Shown one piece after another: positions 1-10,259 of a stretch of DNA of 64,000 bases. Each line of letters starts with the position of its first letter. Within the stretch, counting starts at the first letter, position 1. Below the pieces are notes generated by a model. It was not told the origin of the DNA. It saw only the letters and a list, made by a program, of their open reading frames with translations, and made no database searches. The translations under genes were made by a program, and so were the position numbers. This DNA comes from a virus: IMG/VR virus record IMGVR_UViG_3300021963_004241, positions 32,001-96,000 of that record. One strand, written 5' to 3'.

Positions 1-167
1 ATCTAAATCAAGCAGATAGACCTAGCAATAACGGTCTATTAGAGTTCTTAAATCTATATAAGGAATTTAAAAATCACAAATACGTAGACATCTGTCAGTT
101 TGATCTGAGAGATGTAGAAAGACACGAAGCTGTGAAGGAGATATTAAAGATTTACAAAGATTCTTGA
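1..167 (+). CDS. phoH: PhoH-like ATPase, C-terminal end (partial)
   Basis: Frame 3 reads (D)LNQADRPSNNGLLEF...FDLRDVERHEAVKEILKIYKDS*, matching the PhoH C-terminal GDxxQxD...D-V-x-R-H pattern. Confidence 0.8.
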   Translation, partial: LNQADRPSNNGLLEFLNLYKEFKNHKYVDICQFDLRDVERHEAVKEILKIYKDS

Positions 168-400
168 GGTAAGTGGGGGGTAAGTTTATCCCCCAATAAC
201 CTTTTATAAAACTCTAGCATATCATCAAAGTTAGCATCAGGATTAAGACCGTTTTTAATTACAGTCTTTTCCTTGAAGTCTAGTATTACTTTGGCAGTCT
301 GTATATGCTTAGATTTTAAACTATTTTTAAATTCAGTTATTTCGTCCCACTTGCCAGTTGGCTTTTTGTAGTAGGTGACGATCATGTATCTTTCACTCAT
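152..400 (-). CDS. hypothetical protein (82 aa)
   Basis: ORF track; overlaps the dCMP deaminase stop as in an operon. Confidence 0.7.
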   Translation of the reverse strand: MSERYMIVTYYKKPTGKWDEITEFKNSLKSKHIQTAKVILDFKEKTVIKNGLNPDANFDDMLEFYKRLLGDKLTPHLPQESL

Positions 401-914
401 TTATTTTCTTAACCTCTACTCCTGATTTCGTAAGGAAATCGATGCCTGCATTATCTCGATAATCCTCAGCGTAAAATACGCGGCGAATGCCAGACTGAAA
501 GATAAGTTTAGCGCATTCCATGCAAGGGCTATGAGTGACGAACATGTCAGCACCGAGGCCAGAATTATTAGACTTAGCCAACTTAGCGATCGCGTTTGAT
601 TCTGCATGTAATACCTCCGGTTTAGTTTTGAGAGCATATCGTCTCCATATATTAGAATCTTTTGGAAGTTGCTGTTCACAATAGGGCCAGCGTTCTTCTA
701 TTTCATCAGGATTTAACCAGCCGCCGGCATCGCTAGACATATAGTCTTTATCTTCGCAGTTGTTATCCCATCCCGCGGGCATACCGTTGTAGCCATAACT
801 GATCACCGTATCGTCTTTAACAACAACAGCACCTACGTTTAATCTTACAGCGTGACTTAACTGAGCTGCTCTTTTAGCCCAATCCATGTAAAGACTTACA
901 AACTTTTCTTTCAT
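393..914 (-). CDS. dCMP deaminase
   Basis: HAESNAI and PCMEC zinc-deaminase motifs; GYNGMP. Confidence 0.92.
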   Translation of the reverse strand: MKEKFVSLYMDWAKRAAQLSHAVRLNVGAVVVKDDTVISYGYNGMPAGWDNNCEDKDYMSSDAGGWLNPDEIEERWPYCEQQLPKDSNIWRRYALKTKPEVLHAESNAIAKLAKSNNSGLGADMFVTHSPCMECAKLIFQSGIRRVFYAEDYRDNAGIDFLTKSGVEVKKINE

Positions 915-1828
915 TGCATCCTTGAAAGTTTTACCATTGTAGCTGAAAGATTGATTTCGGGATCTACAACAAAGTAGTGATCTACCAATCCTTGTTTAAT
1001 TATTAGGATAGCAGAATCTTGTTTGTATTCGTCTCCGAAGATGCTAACGTTATCATACAGCCAACGATACACATCTACCATTTCTTCTGCACGTAGTTTC
1101 CCGCACAGCATCTTTCTTGCTTCGAGGATTTTTCCTGCCTTAAACAACTCAACCATTTCAAACTTCCACTCTAGTTCGCCAGCATCTGCTTTGTTAGGCT
1201 CAACTAATTGCCCGTCTGCGATATTCTGTTGTACGAAGTTAATACATTTCCTTAAATCTGGATAAGTTGCTGATACATATTCGTCTAACGTTTCGAGATT
1301 GAACTCAACTTCTTCTGTGACAAGGATAGTAGCAACTCTAGCTGTAAACTCTGTTTTATCAATCTTTGTGAAGTTAAAGGTTTGACAGCGACTGTGGATA
1401 GCGTCCATAATCATCCAGGGTTTATTACAGGTTAAAATGAATCTAGCAGTTTCGTGATATTCTTCCATTACGCCGCGAAGTGCTCCTTGTGCGTTGTGTG
1501 AAAGATAATCAGCCTCGTCAAGTAAAACCACCTTGAAAGGACCAAACGGAATCATCTGCACAAAGTTAGTGATCTTGTCACGAACGTCTTCAACAGAGTT
1601 AGTACGACTTGCGTTAATTTCTAAAACATCATAGTCTTCAATGCCAATCTCATTGATCAGCATCTTAGCCATTGTAGTCTTACCAATGCCAGGACTACCT
1701 GATAGTAGTAGATGAGGAATACTTTTGTCTTTGACCCAGGTTTCTACTTGTTTTCTTTGACCTTCGTCACGCCATACGTATTCTTCTAATTTTTTAGGAC
1801 GATATTTTTCAACCCATAGTGTTTTCAT
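911..1828 (-). CDS. clamp loader AAA+ subunit (RFC small / T4 gp44-like)
   Basis: LWVEKYRP, Walker A GSPGIGKT, LDEAD, SRC motif. Confidence 0.93.
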   Translation of the reverse strand: MKTLWVEKYRPKKLEEYVWRDEGQRKQVETWVKDKSIPHLLLSGSPGIGKTTMAKMLINEIGIEDYDVLEINASRTNSVEDVRDKITNFVQMIPFGPFKVVLLDEADYLSHNAQGALRGVMEEYHETARFILTCNKPWMIMDAIHSRCQTFNFTKIDKTEFTARVATILVTEEVEFNLETLDEYVSATYPDLRKCINFVQQNIADGQLVEPNKADAGELEWKFEMVELFKAGKILEARKMLCGKLRAEEMVDVYRWLYDNVSIFGDEYKQDSAILIIKQGLVDHYFVVDPEINLSATMVKLSRMQ

Positions 1829-1991
1829 TTTTATTTGCCTGTTCTCTATGATAATTTGTTGCTATGACATGGAGGTCATCGGCACAACGTCTAAGGTTGT
1901 CGCTTATTTCGATTCGTCCACATTCCTGTTCTATCTGGCTAGCGATATGATGTAGTTCTATTACTAGCTCAGATAATCTTGCATTTTTCAT
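1809..1991 (-). CDS. hypothetical protein (60 aa)
   Basis: ORF track; coupled to neighbours. Confidence 0.55.
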   Translation of the reverse strand: MKNARLSELVIELHHIASQIEQECGRIEISDNLRRCADDLHVIATNYHREQANKNENTMG

Positions 1992-2194
1992 TATAGTTTT
2001 TCTCCGCAGCTAGGACATTCATAATCGACGAGATCTTCATCTAATAATCCTTCGTCGGTGGTGCCGATCCAACCGCAAGATCCGCATTCTATTTTAGTCT
2101 CTTCTGTTTTCTTGCTAAAAATATTATCCCAATTATTATCGAAGGTTTCTTGATCGACACTAAACGGGCGAGGCCTTGATCCCTTACCGCTCAT
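1991..2194 (-). CDS. small protein with C-terminal CxxC...CxxC zinc ribbon
   Basis: CGSC and CPSC motifs. Confidence 0.65.
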   Translation of the reverse strand: MSGKGSRPRPFSVDQETFDNNWDNIFSKKTEETKIECGSCGWIGTTDEGLLDEDLVDYECPSCGEKL

Positions 2195-2624
2195 TTTTTA
2201 ATCCTTTATTAACTTCGGCAGCGATAACACGCTGGCGTAGTTCACTGGTCGAGAAGTTGTGTTCGCGTTTGTTAAAATAAAACTCGATGCCTCGTTCGAT
2301 GCATTCCCGGCGACCTGTAAAATCTTCGTTTTCGTATTCTTGTCCTAGTATTCTAACATTAATAGGATAAGAAAGTAAAATGTTGACGAGATCTTGTTCA
2401 GTTTCATAAACAAGGATTTCGTCTACGTATTTGCAGGCTTTTAGTTGTTCGTATCTTTCAAATATACTTTGAACTGGTTTATTTTTAATCCCAGGGCGGT
2501 CGATAGTAGGATCTGTTTGAAGACCTACGATCAAATAGTCGCATTTAGTCTTTGCTTCTTTAAGCATCATTATATGACCTGCGTGAAACAGATCAAACGT
2601 TGAACAAGTAAAACCTATTTTCAT
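2184..2624 (-). CDS. cytidylyltransferase (TagD/glycerol-3-phosphate CT-like)
   Basis: FDLFHAGH (HxGH) and FSTSELR motifs. Confidence 0.88.
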   Translation of the reverse strand: MKIGFTCSTFDLFHAGHIMMLKEAKTKCDYLIVGLQTDPTIDRPGIKNKPVQSIFERYEQLKACKYVDEILVYETEQDLVNILLSYPINVRILGQEYENEDFTGRRECIERGIEFYFNKREHNFSTSELRQRVIAAEVNKGLKNER

Positions 2625-3406
2625 TTTCTTCTATGTTTTTTATTAATTGATTCAACTCGATCTAACAATTCAAAGTCTGCATTTAGATCGATTGCTTCCA
2701 TTATTATAGCAGCAACATCTTTAGGAAAGCAAGCACCTCCCCAACCGTATTGACCGTCATTACCCGGAACCTGCATGTGTGTATAACCGATGCGGTCGTC
2801 CCAAATTGCCAATTCAGTTAATTTACTAAATTCGATTCCTTCTGCATCTGCTAGGTTTTTAAAATCATTCATAAAAGTTACTTTGGTAGCAAGGTAACTA
2901 TTCATCATGTATTTGTACAAGGCCGCAGTTTTGATGTCAGTTATTAAAAACTTTTGATGCACTAACGGAACACCGTGATGTATAATATCTCTAGCCTTTT
3001 CGCACCAATCCTTATTTCCGCCTAATACAAAGTAGTTGGCATTTTGATAGTCAGCTACATTATTGACTGCTGTTAAAAATTCTGGACAATGTACTATGTT
3101 AGGATACTCTTTTTGTAATCTCTCGTAAACGCTTGGAGTAGCAGTTGTTTTGCAAATGATTGGGATTGGTTTGTCAATAATAGCAAACAGTAATTCTTTT
3201 AAAGTTTGTTCTAACAAAGAAGAATCGCAATGGCCGTCATCTGTTGAAGGGCTAGGGACACAAACAAACACAGCATCGAGATCTACAAATTTTTCATAGC
3301 CGGCGCTGTTTTCTAACTTAGGATCGCGTATAAGAATATCGTCGTAACGATGTGCCCAAGCAATAGCTTGGCCGACAAAACCGAAACCTATAATACCAAT
3401 ACGCAT
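2621..3406 (-). CDS. UDP-glucose/GDP-mannose dehydrogenase family protein
   Basis: GFGFVG Rossmann motif, PEFL, GWGGACFPKD catalytic Cys motif. Confidence 0.9.
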   Translation of the reverse strand: MRIGIIGFGFVGQAIAWAHRYDDILIRDPKLENSAGYEKFVDLDAVFVCVPSPSTDDGHCDSSLLEQTLKELLFAIIDKPIPIICKTTATPSVYERLQKEYPNIVHCPEFLTAVNNVADYQNANYFVLGGNKDWCEKARDIIHHGVPLVHQKFLITDIKTAALYKYMMNSYLATKVTFMNDFKNLADAEGIEFSKLTELAIWDDRIGYTHMQVPGNDGQYGWGGACFPKDVAAIIMEAIDLNADFELLDRVESINKKHRRK

Positions 3407-3415
3407 CTGATCCTT

Positions 3416-3655
3416 TCAGGATTTAAGTATTTTAATTATACGTTTCTTTTCTTGTTCTGTCAACCAGTCTTGCTCTATGCTTCCAAAATCTGGGGCATCG
3501 TTAAGGGATTTATCTATTATCTCTTTGATAATATAGAGATCTTTTTTCAATTCAAAAGCTGTAAACCCATCATTGTAAGGACTAGAACATTCTCTGGAAA
3601 TAGAATGTATCTGGTTTACAATATCGCTTACGTCCCAGCTTTTCTTGAAACCCAT
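3416..3655 (-). CDS. hypothetical protein (79 aa)
   Basis: ORF track; operon context. Confidence 0.65.
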   Translation of the reverse strand: MGFKKSWDVSDIVNQIHSISRECSSPYNDGFTAFELKKDLYIIKEIIDKSLNDAPDFGSIEQDWLTEQEKKRIIKILKS

Positions 3656-3656
3656 T

Positions 3657-4016
3657 TTATTTTTTTAAGAATGGTACTAGATTAGGCGCAGTCCAACCGA
3701 GAGGTTTTAAAACTTTACCATCTTCACGTTTACGAACTTTGCCAGTTTCGCTATCTATTTTGGCAAAGTTAGATCGCATAACTTCCTTCCAAGCTCCCTC
3801 TGCGTCAAATCCTGCAGAATGAATAGCACCGATAGTTACTACTAAAATATCAATAAGGGCATCTAATTCTGCTTCCATGTCGTGAGCTTCTTGCAATTCA
3901 CGGAACTCTTCTTCGATTAACTTCTTATACATTGCGTATTGAGGATCATTCATCGCATCAACTGATTGATCACACGCCCGCATGAACTTTTCTTGATCCC
4001 GAAACGGATTCGTCAT
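3657..4016 (-). CDS. MazG-like/PRA-PH NTP pyrophosphohydrolase
   Basis: EEEFREL, ELDALID, EVMRSNFAK, REDGKVLKP motifs. Confidence 0.85.
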   Translation of the reverse strand: MTNPFRDQEKFMRACDQSVDAMNDPQYAMYKKLIEEEFRELQEAHDMEAELDALIDILVVTIGAIHSAGFDAEGAWKEVMRSNFAKIDSETGKVRKREDGKVLKPLGWTAPNLVPFLKK

Positions 4017-4405
4017 TTGTTCTCCAATCGATATGCTTCGTTTACACTAGGGGCAGTAACAGCATCGCCGATGCTAACACCACTTGGTTTTTCTTTAGAC
4101 CACATTAGAATACAGTTATTGTCCACCATTCTAATAGTAATAGGCTCTAGATCATCATTTTCTGAGTACTCAATTCCTCGAGTCCATCGTCCGTGTTCTA
4201 CTAAGATCCAGTCGCCGACTGTAAATTCTTCATTGTGCTCTGGACCTACAGCGTACACTTGACCCCAGCGAGGATAGATTCCTCGATCTTTACCGTCGTC
4301 ACCTAAAATAACGATTCCGCCGCTTGATCTTTGCTCGCCAAAATGCATATTGTAGACAATAACCTTATCTCTCAAAGGTGTTAATTTGCCTTTTACTGTT
4401 GCCAT
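4013..4405 (-). CDS. groES: co-chaperonin GroES-like
   Basis: LTPLRDKVIV...SSGGIVI...GQVYAVGP...VGD pattern. Confidence 0.8.
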   Translation of the reverse strand: MATVKGKLTPLRDKVIVYNMHFGEQRSSGGIVILGDDGKDRGIYPRWGQVYAVGPEHNEEFTVGDWILVEHGRWTRGIEYSENDDLEPITIRMVDNNCILMWSKEKPSGVSIGDAVTAPSVNEAYRLENK

Positions 4406-4406
4406 T

Positions 4407-4634
4407 TTAACCTTTCTTTCTATCTGCTAATTCTTCTGTAACTGCTCTTGGATTATTAGCATAATAGTCTGCTAGGATTTGTTCTCTAGTTCGAACAATT
4501 TCGCCACCTGGACCTAGTTCGTCTCCTCTAGCGTTGACCTTCATGTTTCCTACAGCAGGAGTTAGTTCGTGACGTAGAGACAGCTTCTCCATGTCAATTT
4601 CTTTACCTTGCATACTTGTATATGTTGTTCCCAT
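4407..4634 (-). CDS. hypothetical protein (75 aa)
   Basis: ORF with AAGGAG RBS. Confidence 0.7.
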   Translation of the reverse strand: MGTTYTSMQGKEIDMEKLSLRHELTPAVGNMKVNARGDELGPGGEIVRTREQILADYYANNPRAVTEELADRKKG

Positions 4635-4635
4635 T

Positions 4636-5115
4636 TTATTCTCCTTTAAAGAATTCTCCTATGGGGAGATTGTATTTAATACTGTCGATCTTATGGACCC
4701 CGATCAAATAGAGTACGTAACTGGCTACACTACTGCCGCGTCCTACACCCCAAACGATATTATTGGCTCTTAACGTATCTACAACAAATTTCATAGTTTT
4801 AAGAACAGGAATCATATCGTATTTTTTGAAGAGCTTTAATTCTTCTCCTACACGAAATACTTTGTTTTCATGCTCAGGATCTACTTGTTTCCAAATCCAG
4901 TCTTCAATATCTAACTCTTGGTATTCCTGAGGAATGAACCAATCTGTTTTATTCACTGTAGTTGGAGGTATTGGATAATGCAGATGTTCTTGATGTATTC
5001 GATCTATATATTGCGTCAAATCGTCAGAACAAATGCAGTTTTCTAAAATTTCTGGTCCAAATTTTAGAACACCTGCAATAAGATCTTCAGTTGAGTTTTC
5101 TGTTTTAATCGACAT
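4636..5115 (-). CDS. DNA polymerase III alpha (DnaE) fragment, stand-alone
   Basis: WGVGRGSSVASYVLYLIGVHKID..KYNL..EF matches the DnaE GRGS region; only 159 aa. Confidence 0.8.
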   Translation of the reverse strand: MSIKTENSTEDLIAGVLKFGPEILENCICSDDLTQYIDRIHQEHLHYPIPPTTVNKTDWFIPQEYQELDIEDWIWKQVDPEHENKVFRVGEELKLFKKYDMIPVLKTMKFVVDTLRANNIVWGVGRGSSVASYVLYLIGVHKIDSIKYNLPIGEFFKGE

Positions 5116-5335
5116 TGATCAGTTGATCCAAATCTCTATCATCTTGTTTTAATATTTTCGTTCTGTATCGTTGACTTAATTCGTCTCTATACATATTAAC
5201 AAAAGTAGCGATTTGTGTCAATAGCTGATGATTGCCTAAACGTTGGGCCATGAAGTATTTTTTTGATAATTCCTGTAACTTAGATTCTAATTCTGAATCT
5301 GATAGTGTGGAAAGATCTACTTCTAAGGCATTCAT
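5105..5335 (-). CDS. hypothetical protein (~76 aa)
   Basis: Start re-assigned to MNALEV, overlapping the upstream stop. Confidence 0.65.
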   Translation of the reverse strand: MNALEVDLSTLSDSELESKLQELSKKYFMAQRLGNHQLLTQIATFVNMYRDELSQRYRTKILKQDDRDLDQLINVD

Positions 5336-5889
5336 TAGACAAATTGACCTAGGTAATTTAAGAAAATAACACCCGAACTGTGTCTCCAAACTTCTACAAA
5401 GTAAGGATTAGTGGAAGAATTTATCACAAATGGGCTTGGGAAACTGGCTGGCTTTTTAATTACAGTACCACCCGATGCTAAAAATGTTAAAGTTCGATTT
5501 TGATCGTTGCCGTATAATTCTAGTGTAACTTTTCCTAGATTATCTGTTGGGAAGTTTAAAAAATCGACAGTAACATCTGCGGTAAATCCGTAGATTTGAT
5601 ATTCACCGTTGAGGAAATCTATAGTTGTTGCTACCTGATTAGCTAAACCACCGCTGTGTTTTTTCTTTTTATTGGCTTTAAGTACTCCGCCGGAGATTAC
5701 AGTATTAGCAAACTCGTTAGTAGCGTTCAATTTTGCCGTGTTAGCCTGGAGAGCGGTAATTTCTGTATAAGCATCACCTAAGCTGGTTTTGATAATATTG
5801 AAATTATCTCTAAATTCTTGCGTGTCGTTGTCTTGTCCCGCCAATGGAAAATTTTCATTGATCGTTGTATATTTTATATTACTGGCCAT
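5335..5889 (-). CDS. putative virion structural protein (184 aa)
   Basis: Structural gene block; N-terminal FPLAGQDNDTQEFRDNF followed by coiled coil. Confidence 0.6.
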   Translation of the reverse strand: MASNIKYTTINENFPLAGQDNDTQEFRDNFNIIKTSLGDAYTEITALQANTAKLNATNEFANTVISGGVLKANKKKKHSGGLANQVATTIDFLNGEYQIYGFTADVTVDFLNFPTDNLGKVTLELYGNDQNRTLTFLASGGTVIKKPASFPSPFVINSSTNPYFVEVWRHSSGVIFLNYLGQFV

Positions 5890-5914
5890 TTATGTCTCCG
5901 AGATTCTTTATTTA

Positions 5915-8584
5915 TTAAGGTGTTACTAGCCCATTCGTTGGGAATGGAAGATATTGTTCTTCGTCTTTTCCGTTTATGAAATCTATGGAATATCTGTCGA
6001 TTTCAAAATTAAGCAGTTTAAAACTGAAATTTAAATTCCAAAATGAACTACTGATATCCGGAATTTGATTAACTCCGGCTTTTATTGCAGTGTAATAAAA
6101 TCCTTTATACAGAACAGAGTCACCAGTTTGATAGGTTACTGAACTTAACCATGTGCCTCTAGATGCATAATCAGTCCTTAATTTAATTTTTGAAATTATT
6201 TTGTCAGCTTCTCCGGGTTTGGTATAACATAATACCAAGCATTTTACGTATCCTGGTTCGACAAATACTGTTTTATCTTCATCTGACTGAATACTTCTCA
6301 TCCATAATGGAAGAAAAGTGCTATTAGTTTCCCCTACATTCTTAATTCGAGATCTCATGTTTCTGAAAGAATTTGGAAATACACGCCGAGTGTCAGAGTC
6401 AGAAACTTTATAATTCCAGTCAACATAATTGCTTTGATTTCCACTGTCAACTGTAATGTTGTTTTGACTTACCTGTACTGGGCTGTTAATATAATCTGGT
6501 AATTCTACAACAGAGGAAATGCTTATTTTATCTTTTTCTAATTCGTCTATGACATCAATGAACACAACTTCGTATTCAACTTCTTGTGTAACTGGATTTT
6601 TTCCTACAGCTTTTCTAAGAGTACCGAATCTTAATTTTTTTCTAGAATGATTTCTACTTATAGCCTGGATGAATTGTTCTGCACTTACACTCTCGATGCC
6701 AGCATACATTAATACTTTAAGATCTGTTTGCACTCCAAATGCAGGATCACCTATACGATATAATTGCTTAGAATCAAAGATAGTTGAGTCGGTAATAAAA
6801 TCATACCATTTGTCTCTTCTATCTCTTGTTTGAAATGCTCTTGCATATATATTGCTGAAAAGTGTAGTGTCTCCATCAACTACTGATATCTTAAAAGTTT
6901 TGTCGCGAGATGAAAAATTTAAAGCATCTTTTGCAGTGATTGTAAAACTAAAAGATTTATCGAAACTAGTTATACCGTTGTCGAAAACAATATTATAAGC
7001 AGCTGAGCTAGGGTCGCTATCGTAAAATCTTGTAATACCTGCACGAGTTACTGAACCTATCTTGTTTACTTTTCCAATTATATTTCCATTGCTGAGTAAT
7101 GATAGTCCTGGTGGTAATTCACCGCTAGTTAAAGTATATGTTACAGTTCCACCGTATGCAGAGCTAGTTGCTAAAACTGAGAACATTGAATCCTGCTGAG
7201 GTCTAATAGTTCCTAGATCGCTATTGGTAATCCAGGTTATTCCGCTTTCTACTTCACCAATAGTATCAACAGTAAAGGTTCTAATAGTAGTTACAGCACC
7301 GATGTTCCAGTATGACACATTGCTAGGTAACTGATTTTTATGAGGTGTAAGGCAGAGATATATTGCTTCACCGATGCCTTCTCTAATAGCACTATCTTCG
7401 TATACCAACGGATCTATATATTTTACGATATCTCCTACCGCATAGGTTGTATCGGGATTCCAGCTGCCCACTGTTTTATATTCTGTAGCGTAAGTTTTTT
7501 CTCCAAAACTTACAGCTCTTATGGTGAATTTATATCTCTTGGTAATTTTAGGTTGGTAAGGAACCTTTCCTACTAGTTCCCCAGTTAATGTATCTAATTG
7601 TAAACCAGGGGGCAGTTCGCTATCAGTACCGTCTGGATTCTTAGTTTCTAAAAAATATCCTATGGTAAGATTTAACGAAGGAGGATTGTAAACATCTATG
7701 TACAGTGTTACGTAGTTATTGGCTCTTACTTTTCCTAAGTAAGTAGGAGTTACCCAAAACGGAGTTCTTATATTATTATTATCAGCTTTAAAAACTGTAG
7801 AAGATACTTCTATAACTGAGTTGTCCGCTCTTAAGAATTCTTCATCGATTACATATATTTTGAAGCTTCTATTTTCAGTCGAGACCCCATCGGTGACTGT
7901 TACAACAAAACTATAAAATCTGCTGATACTTTTAGGAAGTTTAGCAGGCTCTGCATAATCAAAAGTATCGTTGTCAAATGTAAATGTATCAAAACCTACA
8001 CTGGATCTTGGACCAATATCAAATGGTGCTAGATCAAATACGGTTGTATCGTAATTTCCTGTTGCCTGATTAAACTGCAATCTAGGTAAAGATTTAGTAA
8101 ACCCTTGTATCCGTCCGTCGGTGGATAATGTTAGTCCCGGAGGCAATTCTCCGCCATTGTTAGGTATATAAAATTTTAAACTGTCTCCGGCTATTAAGTC
8201 TGGATCTGTAGCCTCTAATTGAAAATCTACATAAGAATCATCTAATACAAAATAAGCATCGTTGCTTCCGACTGGTAAAAATCCAGCAGGTGTAATCCAT
8301 CTAGGGGCATCCGGTCCTTCGATTATTAAACTAAATGTTCGATCGTTTTTCTCTGATGCATTTGCAGCTCGAACAACGAATCTATATTGTTTAGTATTTT
8401 TAACTTCGACCGTCGTACCTTTGATGACTCCATTTTCTAATCTGAGACCTATCGGAAGATTACCTGCTATAACTGAGTAGGTAAGAGGTCCAGAATCACT
8501 AGATGCTTGTAATGGAAGATTGAAAGAAGATCGTTCTTCAAATGTTCCTAAAGTTCCACTAGGAGTAACCCAGGTTATAGACAT
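5915..8584 (-). CDS. virion structural protein with Ig-like (He_PIG-type) repeats and carbohydrate-binding-type W...Y..GD modules
   Basis: Repeated LPxGLxL...G.I.G units; WNPDTTYAVGDIVKY and WLSSVTYQTGDSVLY. Confidence 0.75.
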   Translation of the reverse strand: MSITWVTPSGTLGTFEERSSFNLPLQASSDSGPLTYSVIAGNLPIGLRLENGVIKGTTVEVKNTKQYRFVVRAANASEKNDRTFSLIIEGPDAPRWITPAGFLPVGSNDAYFVLDDSYVDFQLEATDPDLIAGDSLKFYIPNNGGELPPGLTLSTDGRIQGFTKSLPRLQFNQATGNYDTTVFDLAPFDIGPRSSVGFDTFTFDNDTFDYAEPAKLPKSISRFYSFVVTVTDGVSTENRSFKIYVIDEEFLRADNSVIEVSSTVFKADNNNIRTPFWVTPTYLGKVRANNYVTLYIDVYNPPSLNLTIGYFLETKNPDGTDSELPPGLQLDTLTGELVGKVPYQPKITKRYKFTIRAVSFGEKTYATEYKTVGSWNPDTTYAVGDIVKYIDPLVYEDSAIREGIGEAIYLCLTPHKNQLPSNVSYWNIGAVTTIRTFTVDTIGEVESGITWITNSDLGTIRPQQDSMFSVLATSSAYGGTVTYTLTSGELPPGLSLLSNGNIIGKVNKIGSVTRAGITRFYDSDPSSAAYNIVFDNGITSFDKSFSFTITAKDALNFSSRDKTFKISVVDGDTTLFSNIYARAFQTRDRRDKWYDFITDSTIFDSKQLYRIGDPAFGVQTDLKVLMYAGIESVSAEQFIQAISRNHSRKKLRFGTLRKAVGKNPVTQEVEYEVVFIDVIDELEKDKISISSVVELPDYINSPVQVSQNNITVDSGNQSNYVDWNYKVSDSDTRRVFPNSFRNMRSRIKNVGETNSTFLPLWMRSIQSDEDKTVFVEPGYVKCLVLCYTKPGEADKIISKIKLRTDYASRGTWLSSVTYQTGDSVLYKGFYYTAIKAGVNQIPDISSSFWNLNFSFKLLNFEIDRYSIDFINGKDEEQYLPFPTNGLVTP

Positions 8585-8589
8585 TGGTA

Positions 8590-9654
8590 TTACCTAAATA
8601 GATCGTATTGGAGATTCACTGCGGTAACAGTCGATGCATTAATTAAATTGGTAGTCGAAAGTCTTAGCTCCCAAGTATTTCCAGAGATGAAGTTCAATGA
8701 TGCAGCGCCGATAATTGTAACTCCTGTGTTATTCGGAAAGTCATCTAATAATGCGCTAACTCTTCCTTGACCTCCGAAGAAATTCCCCATTAGTCTAAAT
8801 GTTTGTGTTCCTTGAGAATTGGTCACATTGAATATAGCGTGAAATCCTTTATCAGTGGCAGCGTTGAAAGTAACTACTGTAAATGTTTCGATTGTCGCAC
8901 TGGCAACTTGTGTATAGGTTATATAATTGATTTGATGACGTTGACCAAAAGCGTTTGTAGCTGGATCGAAAGCGTAGGTAATACCATCGTTATCAATCCT
9001 TGTAGTAACTGGAGCAAACTCAATACCTACAACTACGTTATTTTGAATTCTAGTTTTTCCTAGTACAACGTAGCCAGTTCCACTGGCGGAAATTTCAATA
9101 TTAGAATTGGAATCTAAAGTTCTAATATTGTTATTCGCTATTGATATATTTTCTAAATATACGCCTTCGGCATACACATCTCTCCATTTTAGATTCGATG
9201 CTCCGAGGTCTCGAGTCTTTGTTGTGCTAGGTTTAATTCCACCGTTAACTGTTAATGTACCGGTAGTCTCAACTGCATTAACATATACAGTAGACCAATA
9301 CTTAGATGATGCACCTAAAGTCAAAGAGTTTGATGTGTTAGGAACTATATTAGAATTAACCTCGCCTCCGAACACGATATTATCAGCATCAGTATCACCT
9401 AATGTGATATTTCCTGTAGCGGTAATAGTTCCATTGATGTTAATATTACCAGTTCCAGTAATGTCGTAATTGTTTAAATTAATATTTGAACCTAAGTTAC
9501 CCCCAATGGATCCTGCTACAACAGGTATTCCACCAGATGTACTGCCGTTACCTATGTATAATTTTACTTCTGTAGTGTCAAATACTAGCTCTCCAGATGC
9601 TGGTACAACAGCGGTTCTTTGAGCGGTAGTTCCTCTTCTAATTTTTAATGCCAT
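8590..9654 (-). CDS. tail fibre-like protein
   Basis: N-terminal LKIRRGTTAQR...PASGELVFDT...LYIGNG attachment motif; LGASSKYW/LGASNLKW repeats. Confidence 0.75.
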   Translation of the reverse strand: MALKIRRGTTAQRTAVVPASGELVFDTTEVKLYIGNGSTSGGIPVVAGSIGGNLGSNINLNNYDITGTGNININGTITATGNITLGDTDADNIVFGGEVNSNIVPNTSNSLTLGASSKYWSTVYVNAVETTGTLTVNGGIKPSTTKTRDLGASNLKWRDVYAEGVYLENISIANNNIRTLDSNSNIEISASGTGYVVLGKTRIQNNVVVGIEFAPVTTRIDNDGITYAFDPATNAFGQRHQINYITYTQVASATIETFTVVTFNAATDKGFHAIFNVTNSQGTQTFRLMGNFFGGQGRVSALLDDFPNNTGVTIIGAASLNFISGNTWELRLSTTNLINASTVTAVNLQYDLFR

Positions 9655-9665
9655 TTTTTTCTCCG

Positions 9666-10232
9666 TTATAGTGTTCCAGCATCATATTCAAATGCAGCAG
9701 GACTGTCAAAAGTTCCAAAGTCTATCTCTACAGCCTGCGCCAAAAATGATAGTGTATCGGTCGGGACAGTTCCGATTGATCCAAAGTCTATGGATCCTAA
9801 AATATTTTCTAAGTTTCTAGATGTGTCAACCGTTACAACGGTTCCATTTGCAGTTACATCTATGTTAGGACCACCTTGTATGGTGATCTGATCTGTTCCT
9901 GTAATAGCATTAGCAGTTACAGAACCGGATTCAGTTGTAATAGATCTAAATCCGTCATATTGTGTTGTTCTTATTCTTACAGTGTCGGCATTCCCAACTT
10001 CTTCTATGATTATCCTGCCTTCACCTATCAATTTTTTAAATTCTAAATTGCTGCCAGTTTTCTGTTTAAATACACCTACTCCGGTTCCGCCCGTAGGAAC
10101 ATTTGAAGCAGTGACAGTTAACTGACTATTTAATTCTGTAAAATTAGCATTTACCTTTTGAAAAGCGGTGCGAAGGTCATCGCCCAGTCCGTCGTTGACT
10201 ACATTTCCTATGTTTATTGTTTGTATGGCCAT
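9666..10232 (-). CDS. baseplate/tail protein with T4 gp9/gp10-like N-terminus
   Basis: INIGNVVNDGLGDDLRTAFQKVNANF. Confidence 0.75.
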   Translation of the reverse strand: MAIQTINIGNVVNDGLGDDLRTAFQKVNANFTELNSQLTVTASNVPTGGTGVGVFKQKTGSNLEFKKLIGEGRIIIEEVGNADTVRIRTTQYDGFRSITTESGSVTANAITGTDQITIQGGPNIDVTANGTVVTVDTSRNLENILGSIDFGSIGTVPTDTLSFLAQAVEIDFGTFDSPAAFEYDAGTL

Positions 10233-10259
10233 AATGCGCTCTCTTTAGTATATTTACCG

